Shown one piece after another: positions 13,711 through 26,410 of a stretch of DNA of 64,000 bases. The stretch is taken from assembly GCA_964016885.1 (NCBI GenBank), contig OZ024747.1, forward strand, positions 86,862,001 through 86,926,000. The letters run 5' to 3'. Position 1 is the stretch's first letter. Every line of letters starts with the position of its first letter. The DNA comes from Eledone cirrhosa (taxonomy: Eukaryota). The translations under genes were made by a program, and so were the position numbers. The notes below the pieces were generated by a model. The model was not told the DNA's origin. It worked only from the letters and a program-made list of their open reading frames with translations, and ran no database searches.

Positions 13711-14659
13711 ATAGATGTATATATATACGTATATATATGTATATATATACATACATATATGTATATATACATATATATATGTATACATACACACACACAC
13801 AGATATATATACTCGCAGCATGTAGTGTGCATATATATATATGTTGTTTTTTAGTGTCTGGGTGAGAAATCTTTTGATCTGTTTACTTTCAACAAAGTAA
13901 CTTTGGCTTGTTTTGTTGTTCTTTGTTTTTTCCTTATTTTCGCTTAATTTCTTCAGTTATTAAAAAAATGGGAAATCTGCACGTGTTCCCATTGGAGGGA
14001 CATGATTAATCACGAAGTCAAGACTGGAATAATATTTGTATTTGTATTAAAAACATAAAAGGCTTGAACAGTTGGATAAAAAGGAAAGGTTTCATGGTCC
14101 TGGAGCTCGAGGTTTCAAAGTTCTTTCCACAACGGTTTTCAATAAATACCAGATTTGAGAGAAATGAGTAAGATAGTCGATATTATAGATCAGATCCCAT
14201 TAAAACTGTGCCTAAGCATGGTCGCTGTCCAATGATTGAAATCATTAAAAGGAGAAAATAATATATTCGTAGATCATTTCGAAAAGAATAAACCAATATA
14301 TAATCAACTGATTTTCATGTTCAACTCTATATCAAATTGTTAAGTTAGTAGGTATGGGAAACAACCTATTAAACATCTTTAGCGAGGCATAAGCTTCATC
14401 TAACTTATCGAAGTAGTGAGGAAAATATTACTAAATCAACGTAGAATATTCTACACAAAAATACGTGAAATATTAACACATTAAAAAAAAATCAAGCTAT
14501 AGGGTTAAATTCTGAGAGACGTCATTCACATGAAAAATAATAATTAAGTTGTTAAACTTTGTAATATGGTGAACATAAAAAATTTAACTGGATTAATTAT
14601 AAGGTGTGGAAAAGAAAATGTGTGGGTGGGTGCATGTGTGCGTGTATTTACGTGTACGT

Positions 14660-14945
14660 GTTGGTCCTTCGTCGGTTCCGACAACATGTACTCCCGATGT
14701 TCTAACAACGGAACAGACTGATCTTGAAATTAAGTACATGTGACTGAGCTTTCTACAGACTAAGCATTCGCTTAATAATGTTCTCAGATAAATTCAGCAC
14801 GACACAGAGTGTGATAAGGCTGGTCTATTGAATTAGAGGTATAACTTATTTTTTTCAGCTGAGTGGATTGAAACAACGTGAAACAAAGTGCCCTGCTCAA
14901 GGGCACAAAGAGCCACCGAGAATAGCATCCAAGGCCATACGATTT
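14660..14945 (-). mobile_element. CORE-type SINE, diverged
   Basis: Minus strand TTGTGCCCTTGAGCAGGGCACTTTGTTTCACGTTGTTTCAATCCACTCAGCTG resembles the CORE domain. Confidence 0.7.
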
Positions 14946-15379
14946 TGAGCTGAAGTCATGTGCCTTCACAAAGAAGTCAATATTAATTGTTTAACACTAT
15001 TTTGGTCATTTCATCAATTTGTTTCAAGCAACTCCCGACATATTCCGGTTTTATTAAAGCAGTTCAATGAATCCTAGATTGCCTAATTATTGATAAAAGT
15101 AGATGCACCAGTAGACTTCTAAAATTGGCAACGGGCCGCATATTAGAGGGAGGATTTAATAATCTAAATCAGAGGTTCTCAAATTGTTTCGACCACCACT
15201 CATCTCACGGCCACGTAATACCCTCAGCGTCCCCACCCCTATTTCCAGATTGTAAATTGTAAATAATATATAATAAATAAAATCGTTAATTTATATATAA
15301 TAAATAATATAATATATACTATGTATAAATAAATATTATATATTGTTTATCTTACTTAGTGAAATCACCTGCCATAGAG

Positions 15380-15625
15380 CTTAGGGTATTCAGATCGATT
15401 CTCTGTGGCGTCTTGTGCCCTCGACAAAGACACTTTATTTCACATTGCTCCAATTTACTCAGATGGCAAAACTGAGTCGTTCTTGTAATTCAAAAGGCCG
15501 GCCTTACTGAATCTCCCTAAAAATCAGTTCAAAGGAATGCTCAGTCACGTGTACGTTAATACTATGCACAGGTTGTTCGATTAATCAAACAAATGGAGCC
15601 TCGTCGTTGGAACCGACGGAGATTC
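15380..15625 (+). mobile_element. CORE-type SINE, diverged
   Basis: TTGTGCCCTCGACAAAGACACTTTATTCACATTGCTCCAATTTACTCAG...GGAATGCTCAGTCAC...TCGTTGGAACCGAC. Confidence 0.65.
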
Positions 15626-15767
15626 AACTCAGCACACGTATAAGGACATGGTAGAACTTCAAACAAAGTGCCTACTCCTTATTAGTCTTTTATGTTTCAA
15701 GTGTCACAGAGTATCACTTTGTATCCAATCATTCCGGGATCATAAAATTACAGTATATGCATTTGGA

Positions 15768-15915
15768 AGGCGGTGAATTGGCAAATGATTACTGCGTTGG
15801 ATAGAATGTTTCACAGTATTTGGTCTAGCTTTCTACAATCTAGATTCAAATATTTTTGTGGTCAAATTTGCCTTTCATCTTCACGAGGGTCATAAAATAT
15901 CAGTCTAGTACTGAG
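15768..15915 (+). mobile_element. Old diverged main-family SINE
   Basis: GGCGGTGAATTGGCA...GATTCAAAT...TTTGCCTTTCATC. Confidence 0.6.
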
Positions 15916-17410
15916 GTGTATTCATGCTTTCAGATTTGAAGAATGGTGTACTCCCCAGGTTTAAATGCCAAACAGAAGAACAGAGGTTCTTGGTCACAGA
16001 CAGATCATGATGAAGGCGTCAGCATGCGTGTCACCAAACTGTTCTGTATGGCTCGCCCCTTTTGTTGACACAAGAGAGCATTGATTAATTGGGAAATTCT
16101 CTGTAATAGACGCCTACTGCTTCAGCAGGAAATTTAACATTACTTCTGCATTCACAATGTTTATCAAATTCCGCCACATTGCATGTATTTTCTGATTGAG
16201 CAGATTGCAGCAGATTAAAATATAATCCAATTATAATTGATTAGTCATTTTCTTCCTGAAAAGACTGGACACCTTTCAATTGCGTTGCGTTATAGGAAAT
16301 CCATATAACACCAGGGCATCAACTAGTACATAAATGAAACTACTTGTCACCAACTTACATTCAAGCACAGACCAATGACCAGTAAGAAGCAGCAGCTAAG
16401 TCTCCCTCAAACCATGTAACCTCTTACAACGAGAAGAAACATACTGAACAAATATAAGATATTCGTGGCAGTTGCCGTGAAATTGTGTAACAGTGTCCTT
16501 AATAGAGTGACGTCACATTTGACATTTAGTGTCTGGTCTGTGTGTGTTATTTCTTAATGACTAAATTGATTATGTCATGATGTAATTGTTTGAGCTTTTA
16601 CAAATATTCTCAAATATACAAGTCCAAAATATTTACGAAGTTATATCCCTTTTACAATATGCAATCCTTACTCTTATCAATTTATCAATATGGATATCAC
16701 AACACACAATATCATATTACTACAATGTTTATAGAGTGATACATATGATTCACAATTAAGCTCATTAGAGCTATCAAGATATGGAAATCATTACCTGGTG
16801 GTGTCTGAACTAGTCATTACTCATTCATATTGACCAAATTCTAAAATAAATAAACTCTAACGATAGCGATTATAGTAAAAGACAATGATACAATCGTGGG
16901 CGAAGCTATCAGCTGTCACCATGGTATTCTCAGTATATTCTATTTTATGTTTTGCGTTGACATGGTAACTGAAATATGCTGCCAAGAGCAGATGAAATAA
17001 CCCCTGATTTGTTATATTTTTACATCATGATATCCAAATTAAATCGATAATCACATTTCATGCAGTTAATTTGTAACTGCAACAACAGATTTGTAAACAG
17101 ACAGTGATACAATGGTTAAATTAATGAACTTGATAGAAAAGTTGAATATGAGATTTCAAATGAAATTCTTCTTCTTTCTATTTAACCATATAGAAATGAG
17201 ATTAGTGTTTCGCTCATGCTAATTTACTCACAATGTATATTGTTTTGAGAGCCAGAGATATGTACCAGCTCTATAAGCCTCAGTGGAAAGAACTGGATGA
17301 TGTAGACTCATTATTGGGGAATAGATCCGTCGTCATATTTAGTAACTAAAGAATTCTGGCACACACATAAAAATACACAAATACACACACACATACACAC
17401 ACACACACAC

Positions 17411-17452
<42 letters not shown>

Positions 17453-17481
17453 GCACATCTCCCCCCCACACACACACAGAG

Positions 17482-17520
<39 letters not shown>

Positions 17521-18095
17521 CATAAACAAACAATATAAAAAAGTTACAGATATACACGCGGGATTATACATACACACACTCATTCATAAATATATACACA
17601 CACAAAAACATACATGTAAACACACGTGCACATACACACTAAAAAAACTGCACAGAATCATACAACACACACAATTACGTGAAAACGCATGCACATAAAA
17701 AACAAAGAATTCACTGACATACACACAAACAATATCAAAGACTTAGACATGCACACACACAGATATATATATATATAGATAGATAGATAGATAGATACAG
17801 AGAGAGAGAGAGAGAGAGAAGCAATGATGCACACCTAAATAATATTAAAGACTTCGACATGCACATATACACACACTCACACACACATACACATACACAG
17901 AAGCAATGATGCTCACTAACGAAATTCCCCCATCGACACACATATAGCCACACCCGTGACACACCTGGACTCTTCGCCTCGGCCCTCACTCCCTAATGCC
18001 AGATCACTCGCCTACCACACCCAACCTTCTTAAAAACCTTTTCCGAACAACAATGTTCCAACTTGTTTTCTCTCTCTCCCTTTCCGAACTCTCCC

Positions 18096-18128
18096 TTTCC
18101 TGAAGAAGGACTTACAGCCGAAACCGAA
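18096..18128 (+). ncRNA. Degenerate minimal hammerhead motif in a PLE-like pyrimidine-rich remnant
   Basis: CTGAAGA-AGGACTTACAGCC-GAAAC; related context CCGAACTCTCC also at 19968-20005 (CTAAAGAAGGACTGTCCGAAACGTT). Confidence 0.45.
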
Positions 18129-18238
18129 CCCTCCTCTACTTCCTCCTACGCGTTGTACTAATACGAAATACCAAATATGCATCACGTAAAAAGACAAGAA
18201 GGATACGCGACCCTAGAGATAACATATGTTGCATAAAA

Positions 18239-18355
18239 CCGTAAGGATGAAAGGCAAAGCTAACCTCTGAGGGATTTGAACTCAGAACGTAAAGGGCCAT
18301 TCCTTTATGCCACTAACCATGTTGTCTGACGCTCTACCGATTCTGCCAATCCACC
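18239..18355 (-). mobile_element. Main-family SINE, 5' two-thirds
   Basis: Reverse-complemented A-box, B-box and central domain. Confidence 0.85.
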
Positions 18356-19504
18356 TTTTTTCTTAATAATGTCTACATAATGTATTAGTATTACTTAATG
18401 TAGAATGAATGCTTCTTTTTCTCTCCTCCTCTCTATTTATCTATCAATCTATCTCTTTGTCTTCCTATTTATCAAGCTTTTTTCAATTCATGCTTTTAAT
18501 TATTTCAACTATTTCGAAATTACTGTTGTTACTACACACCAATTCACAAGTTGACATCTTTAAGCTGTCAATTGCATTTTTATCGTTATAGATTTTTATT
18601 GGATTTTGAAAACTAGGTAGACACTCATATGTAAAAATCACGATAATCATTTTCGTTGGAGAGTTAATGTCTATAAATGCAAGTCAATTATAACTACATA
18701 ATTTATATATTGAAGAAAGTGTATTCATCGATAACTATCAGCCAGAGAATTGTTTATCTAAGGATATTTTTTATATTGTTTCATTATATTCTTTTAACTG
18801 TATGATGTTTAGAAACGTTTTGACGTGTCGCCATTCATTTGTTTTGCTTTGCAAAATTTACCTCTGCTGTTTCTACAGTAAAGTCACTCTACAAATACGT
18901 TGTATATTTATTTGTAAAGACGTGTATCAGTACCGTCAATATCAAACCAAAATGACTGCAAAATTGTGTATGCTGGCGCATCTTTGTATTGTTCGCAAGT
19001 CACGAATGAAGTTTTAACTTTTTGTAATAACGTTTCTATTACATAACAACATTCTAGAATCTAAATTAGGGCGATTAAACCTGGCAGTATCCACCTTTCC
19101 TTAGGTCTAATACAGTCCATCTTTCTAAGGTATGTGATGGTGAACAAAAACAAGTGAAAAAGTGACATACAGGAAGAACTGATCTCAGTAATGGACTGTT
19201 ACTCGATCTATCGAACTGAAAAAGACGAAACGCAAAAGGTTTTGCTTAAATTTGTAAACAATTCGCTATATAACACCTTCTCAGAGTGGAGTTTATAAAT
19301 CATCCGTCTGTCAATAAAATATACTGTTTCATTCGAAAATCGATACTGGAAATGCTGTCTTAGGCTGTTTGAATCATGCCTCTGTTTATTCCTTGTTCAT
19401 ACCTCATCTCTGCTTAAATAAACTGGATATCAAGATTTTGTAGAGACTAAATTTTATAGATATGTATACAGTGATAGATATATTATGAAACTCACGCATA
19501 CACA

Positions 19505-19702
19505 TGAGGGTCGGCTGAAACGTCCATAGACTGATACAGATACTCTCAGTTAATGGTTAAATGACGTTTATTTCTCACCATAGTAACTGGAAAGAAATAA
19601 TGAATTTATTAATAAGAATTACAATTAGTGCATGCAAATTTCACAGTTCTAACATCATTCATCCATCATAGACTGCCTATGGGACTTTTCAGTCGACCCT
19701 CC
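19505..19702. mobile_element. Mariner-type MITE (~200 bp)
   Basis: Terminal inverted repeats GAGGGTCGGCTGAAACGTCCATAG / CTATGGGACTTTTCAGTCGACCCTC. Confidence 0.7.
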
Positions 19703-20207
19703 TATAAACACATACTTGTAGTAGTAGTAACCTACGGCGAGGAGAGTAAGTTTCCCAGAGGAAAACCAACCCACACACAGATATGTGCATACTTCCTAAC
19801 TGTTCCATCAAGAACACAGAAGCGTACATAAGGGGATATTTGGTCTATAAAATCACGAAGCTTTAAATATCTGAATGCCTTACTCTTGTATAGTCAACTT
19901 ACCGAATGTATAACTTCCTTCCATAACCTTCTCACACTATTTCTACGTCTATCTGTTCCATCCTTATCCGAACTCTCCTAAAGAAGGACTGTCCGAAACG
20001 TTGAACCCCCCCCCCCCCCCTCCACTTCCTCTAACCGTGAACCTAATATAGCTGTATAAAATTGCCTCTTGTGTTTTGTTTGTATCAGTGACTTTTTGCG
20101 GGCTAGTAATCTTTCATCCGTGAAGAATTCGTCCAAGAAGGATTCTTTTGATTCACAACCATCACGAATCAAACTAAAATAAATTAATAGTCTCTCTCTT
20201 TCTCTCT

Positions 20208-20265
<58 letters not shown>

Positions 20266-20268
<3 letters not shown>

Positions 20269-20441
20269 TGAGATTCTACAGGACTAGAACTGTTTCATTC
20301 CTTAGAAATCATTCCTGATGATTTCTAAAGAATGAAACAGTTCTAGTCCTGTAGAATCTCATCTATATTAAAATATTTATACTCTGCTATGTATTGAGTA
20401 CCTTACCTACTGTGGTTACCTCCGATTCAACCCGGAATAAC

Positions 20442-20442
<1 letters not shown>
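20266..20442 (+). mobile_element. Family Y PLE-like terminus with 5' fold-back, between two (TA)n tracts
   Basis: 20266-20312 is the reverse complement of 20319-20363; second copy at 21316-21482 in the opposite orientation. Confidence 0.85.
20311..20357 (+). ncRNA. Type I hammerhead ribozyme
   Basis: ATTC-CTGATGA-TTTC TAAA GAAT-GAAA-CAG ttctagtc CTG-TA-GAAT: full core, three stems, GUA triplet. Confidence 0.8.
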
Positions 20443-20534
<92 letters not shown>

Positions 20535-20539
20535 TGCAC

Positions 20540-20670
20540 GAGGCCAGCAAATATGCGGGATGGGTAAAATAGATTAAATCAACCCCAGTACTTGGCTAGT
20601 AGTTTATTTTATTGACCCAGAAAGAATGATAGGCAAATTGGGCTTTGTTAGAATTTGAACTCAGAATATT
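20540..20670 (-). mobile_element. Diverged SINE (long subfamily)
   Basis: GAGGCCAGCAAAT...TTTATTGACCCAGAAAGAATGATAGGCAAA...ATTTGAACTCAGAA. Confidence 0.65.
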
Positions 20671-21039
20671 AATACCGAAATGACATTTTATCTAAATCTG
20701 TATTAATTTTGCTATTACAACACGCTGTTTATTTAAAGTGTATAATAAAATATTTTTCTTGTAAAGATACATTATTTTACATCCTTTCTGGGATACAATG
20801 GATGTAATGGATCTAAGTTATCCATTAGCTGATTATACATTCGCCGGCTATTCTTCGTCCATTTACAGTATAATCAAATATGATTATACCTGCAAAAGGG
20901 ACTTTGAAGTCGATTACTCGCCGTATCACTATCCTTGAGCAGAATGAACCTGTCATGAAAGTACGACCTGTTAATACTTCAATCTTATTTTCCCACTAGG
21001 TAATGTTTTCGTATTATTTGCTTTTGAAGAAACATTATT

Positions 21040-21219
21040 TGGCAGTATCGGTAGAGGGTCGGACGCCATTATTTCCAACATAGTTACGTCCCTTTACGAT
21101 CTAAGTTCAAATCCCGCCGAGGTTAACTTTGCCTTTCATCCTGACGGGGTCGATAAAATAAAGTACCAGTAATACACTGGGTAATTGCTGGCCTTGTGCC
21201 TAAAGCAGAAACAATTATT
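21040..21219 (+). mobile_element. Main-family SINE
   Basis: Near-consensus match to 2810-2996. Confidence 0.92.
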
Positions 21220-21279
21220 AAATGAAGTGAATGTTGCTCTTTCTTTGTCTTGGTACAATTACGCACTAAACAACCTGTT

Positions 21280-21315
<36 letters not shown>

Positions 21316-21317
<2 letters not shown>

Positions 21318-21479
21318 GTTATTCCGGGTTGAATCGGAGGTAACCACAGTAAGTAAGGTACTCAATACATAGCAGAGTATAAAAGTTTTAATATAGATGA
21401 GATTCTACAGGACTAGAACTGTTTCATTCATTAGAAATCATCAGAATGAATGAAACAGTTCTAGTCCTGTAGAATCTCA

Positions 21480-21482
<3 letters not shown>
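21316..21482 (-). mobile_element. Family Y copy with fold-back at the HHR core
   Basis: Reverse complement of 20315-20442 up to ATCATCAG, then switches to the sense strand AATGAATGAAACAG...CATC. Confidence 0.85.
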
Positions 21483-21526
<44 letters not shown>

Positions 21527-21569
21527 TGCCTATCTGATAAGTTGAGTGTTACACACTCTCAATTTTCTC

Positions 21570-21602
<33 letters not shown>

Positions 21603-21607
<5 letters not shown>

Positions 21608-21729
21608 AACAGGTTGTTAAGTGCGTAATTGTACCAAGACAAAGAAAGAGCAACATTCACTTTATTTAATAATTGTTTCTGCTTTAGGCACAAGGCCAGC
21701 AATTACCCAGTGTATTACTGGTACTTTAT
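21603..21729 (-). repeat. Inverted duplication of 21158-21284 (SINE 3' end plus its flank)
   Basis: TAAGGAACAGGTTG...GGTACTTTAT is the reverse complement of 21158-21284 with few mismatches. Confidence 0.9.
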
Positions 21730-21983
21730 GTATACATATATATATATAATTTATATAATATATATATGTGTGTGTGTGTAAGTGTGTGTGTATGCGCGTG
21801 TGTGTATGTTGTTGTTGTTGTCTGAATTTGTGGTTGAGATCACTAAAGAATGATCCCTGCTTATGTAATCATAGAGGTAAATATACTATATTATGTAAAA
21901 TACATAGAAAACCGGCGTATACATTCCTAGGTACTTGGAGTTTCCCGGAAATATATATATATATATGTGTGTGTATATACATA

Positions 21984-22034
<51 letters not shown>

Positions 22035-22035
22035 G

Positions 22036-22090
<55 letters not shown>

Positions 22091-22113
22091 ACATACATAT
22101 GTATATATATATG

Positions 22114-22149
<36 letters not shown>

Positions 22150-22154
22150 CATAC

Positions 22155-22221
<67 letters not shown>

Positions 22222-22224
<3 letters not shown>

Positions 22225-24289
22225 ATATGATAATAATGGAGCTGCGGCGTTGCAAATGGGTTACATATAAAAAAGTGAGTCCTTCATCAGTGACCCTCCA
22301 ACCGTCCCAGGCATTTCATCGCTTTAAGGGCCATATACCTCAGGTTGGTGCGAACAACGGCTAAAAGAAAGTCGTTGGGACACGTAAATAAAGAGAACGT
22401 TAGGGTGAACAAACAAAATGGTTTAAGCAACAGAAAGTGAGAGGAAAGAGACAAGTCCCAGATTTCTATGAATATAAACTCGATAAAATCGTGAACTAGA
22501 GAATAAAGACCATCAGACCTGGTTGAAATGTGAGCAAGGAAGGAATTTCGCACAGGTCTAACGGGAGGAAGAAGAAGGGGTCTGGTCTGCGAATTCGGTA
22601 AACATAAGTTCTGTGAAGACGCAGACGAGAGAGAGAGAGAAAAAAAATTCATACCGGCTTGGCCAAGAGTGCGCGAGAAAAGAAATCGGACAGGTCAAGC
22701 GGGAAGAAAGAGGAGTGGAGGAGAGGTAGTGACAGGGTATGAGTGAGTGAAAGTTGAGGAAGAGGCTAACAGAGAGAGAGACTGCTAGAAAGGGTAAAGA
22801 TACAAAGAGAGAAACAGACGGGTGGCGGCAGAGGAAAAAATATGTGTAAATATGATAATAATGGAGCTGCGGCGTTGCAAATGGGTTACATATAAAAATT
22901 TTATTTACGGGTTACATATAAAAACTTTATTTACGTGTCCCAACGACTTTTTTTAGCCGTTGTTCGCACCAACCTGAGGTATATGGCCCTTAAAGCGATG
23001 AAATGCCTGGGACGGTTGGAGGGTCACTGATGAAGGACTCACTTTTTTATATGTAACCCATTTGTAACGCCGCAGCTCCATTATTATCATATTTACACAT
23101 ATTTTTTCCTCTGCTGCCACCTGTCTGTTTCTCTCTTTGTATCTTTACCCTTTCTAGCAGTCTCTCTCTCTGTTAGCCTCTTCCTCAACTTTCACTCACT
23201 CATACCCTGTCACTACCTCTCCTCCACTCCTCTTTCTTCCCGCTTGACCTGTCCGATTTCTTTTCTCGCGCACTCTTGGCCAAGCCGGTATGAATTTTTT
23301 TTCTCTCTCTCTCTCGTCTGCGTCTTCACAGAACTTATGTTTACCGAATTCGCAGAACAGACCCCTTCTTCTTCCTCCCGTTAGACCTGTGCGAAATTCC
23401 TTCCTTGCTCACATTTCAACCAGGTCTGATGGTCTTTATTCTCTAGTTCACGATTTTATCGAGTTTATATTCATAGAAATCTGGGACTTGTCTCTTTCCT
23501 CTCACTTTCTGTTGCTTAAACCATTTTGTTTGTTCACCCTAACGTTCTCTTTATTTACGTGTCCCAACGACTTTTTTTAGCCGTTGTTCGCACCAACCTG
23601 AGGTATATGGCCCTTAAAGCGATGAAATGCCTGGGACGGTTGGAGGGTCACTGATGAAGGACTCACTTTTTTATATGTAACCCATTTGCAACACCGCAGC
23701 TCCATTATTATCATATTTACACATATTTTTTCCTCTGCTGCCACCCGTCTGTTTCTCTCTTTGTATCTTTACCCTTTCTAGCAGTCTCTCTCTCCGTTAG
23801 CCTCTTCCTCAACTTTCACTCACTCATACCCTGTCACTACCTCTCCTCCACTCCTCTTTCTTCCCGCTTGACCTGTCCGATTTCTTTTCTCGCGCACTCT
23901 TGGCCAAGCCGGTATGAATTTTTTTTCTCTCTCTCTCTCGTCTGCGTCTTCACAGAACTTATGTTTACCGAATTCGCAGACCAGACCCCTTCTTCTTCCT
24001 CCCGTTAGACCAGTGCGAAATTCCTTCCTTGCTCACATTTCAACCAGGTCTGATGGTCTTTATTCTCTAGTTCACGATTTTATCGAGTTTATATTCATAG
24101 AAATCTGGGACTTGTCTCTTTCCTCTCACTTTCTGTTGCTTAAACCATTTTGTTTGTTCACCCTAACGTTCTCTTTATTTACGTGTCCCAACGACTTTTT
24201 TTAGCCGTTGTTCGCACCAACCTGAGGTATATGGCCCTTAAAGCGATGAAATGCCTGGGACGGTTGGAGGGTCACTGATGAAGGACTCA

Positions 24290-24294
<5 letters not shown>
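22222..24294. mobile_element. 624-bp unit array: ~1.1 copies on minus (22222-22897) head-to-head with ~2.2 tandem copies on plus (22926-24294), flanked by (TA)n
   Basis: Full units 23043-23666 and 23667-24290; near-identical ORFs at 23290, 23914 and 22652(-); unit ends GTCACTGATGAAGGACTCAC. Confidence 0.92.
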
Positions 24295-24368
<74 letters not shown>

Positions 24369-24524
24369 TAATATATATATATATATATATATATAACGTA
24401 TGCTAGCATGGAAAATAAACGTTAAATGATGATCTTGATGATGGTGATATATTTATATATATAAATAAATAAATTGTTTATATATATCAACTCGTGTGTT
24501 ACATTTCTACATTCGATATATATA

Positions 24525-24672
<148 letters not shown>

Positions 24673-25355
24673 TCTGTTGGTAAATTTTGTATCTGCATAT
24701 ATCTCTTTATAGAGTTATACTCAAAATATGTCTTCATTCGTGTAGCTATGAAATACATTTCGTCTACCTCTAAACAATATACATCTCTATTCATGTGTAC
24801 GTCTACATGCATGTATATCTTCGTATAAATGCATCTAACTTCGTGTCTGTATATTTGCATGATTGCTGTATATAGTTACATATAATACACAGACACCTAA
24901 TACTTGTTTTTCTGCACAGCATCTCAGTAATGCTGTAAATGTCAGATGCAGTTACAATGATTTGTGTTCAGGGAATTTTAACTGAACAAAACTGCCAACT
25001 CATATCAGCAGCAAAATATTGAGAAAAGGTGAGTGAAACATATTTAAATATCATAGTCTCAGACGTAACTATGTTGCTAAGGAATCCACTACGCATATGC
25101 GTGACGCTGCGTTCAATCCCGTTGCGTGCCATCTTTATAACCGAATCCAATATTACCTCAGTTTGAAAATCATCGAACATTTAGCAGTTATCTACGATGA
25201 TCTGGTTGAGCTAACAACGTATTTAAAATTGAGTGGCACAGCTCCAAGTGTTCAGCAATTTTTAGACAACTCAATCAGTGAAACAATTGTCAGACTGTAA
25301 ATAAACCCCTTTTCCCTTTTTTGTACTGTTGACCATGTTATTCTTCACTTTTTCA

Positions 25356-25394
<39 letters not shown>

Positions 25395-25463
25395 GTGAGG
25401 TTTTTTTTACAAATTGAAAAATAACCGAGGTGTCCTACACGAGTGAAAGTATAAAGAAAAAGA

Positions 25464-25738
25464 GATGAAATCGAAAATGCAACTGGAGTCTTATTTTTTT
25501 TTAAAATATATATATATATTTGGTTCCTTTACCGGTTTCGGAGTTCTTCTGCTTTTCAAAAGTAGAGTTGAGATGGAGGGTCTGTGGTTTTTCTCACATC
25601 AGATGTGAGAAAAAGCACAGACCCGCCATCTCAACTCTACTTTTGAAAAGCAGAAGAACTGCGAAACCGGTAAAGGAACCAAATATATATATATATTTTT
25701 AAAAAAAATAAGACTCCAGTTGCATTTTCGATTTCATC
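25464..25738. mobile_element. Family Z palindrome (~137-bp arms) between (TA)n tracts
   Basis: Centre TTTTTCTCACATC-A-GATGTGAGAAAAA at ~25601; arms nearly perfect. Confidence 0.9.
25640..25675 (+). ncRNA. Minimal hammerhead ribozyme, U3-A8 covariant core (mirror at ~25527-25562)
   Basis: CTT-TTGAAAA-GCAG AAGAA CTGC-GAAA-CCGG-TA-AAG; palindromic stem III typical of PLE dimeric HHRs. Confidence 0.65.
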
Positions 25739-25740
25739 AC

Positions 25741-25805
<65 letters not shown>

Positions 25806-25966
25806 CGTTTCTGTGTGTGTGTTTATGTGCTTGTTGTTATTGTGCTTGTGTATGTATTTATTTATTTTATTTTATTTTATTTTATTTTATTTATATATAT
25901 ATATATATATTTCGTTTCTGAATTTGTTTAGCAAGATTCTTTATCTGAAATCGTGTGTTGAAACCG

Positions 25967-26410
25967 ATATTGTTATACTTTGGGAGGGTCATGTTGCCAA
26001 TAAGAAACACACGCACCAGATGCTTTCACTTCAATATATTATAATAAATTTATAAATTTAGGAATTTATAAATTTCCGGTTGGTTGGTTCCACAACCAGA
26101 TGGTTGTTTATATATTGTCAAAGTTCTTTCGTCACACATTCTGTGACCTCTTCAGTGACTGGGGATTCTTTTCTTTGTTTTTTGTGCCTCTCCTTTGTTC
26201 TGTCCTACGCCATCTTGTTTGTGTGTGTGTGTTGTCAACGTGTGACGAAAGAACTTTGACAATATATAAACAACCATCTGGTTGTGGAACCAACCAACCA
26301 ACCAACCGGAGATTTATAAATTCCTAAATTTATAAATTTATTATAATAAATTGAAGTGAAAGCAACTGGTGCGTGTGTTTCTTATTGGCAACATGACCCT
26401 CCCAAAGTAT

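Noticed and set aside
15930-16320. Possible LINE endonuclease remnant on the minus strand (LDYILI)
   Set aside because: Single short motif with many stops; not supportable by eye
23290-24204. Repeated 96-aa ORF MNFFSLSLSS...
   Set aside because: Pyrimidine-rich sequence repeated only because the DNA unit is repeated; no domain; the stop position differs in the inverted copy
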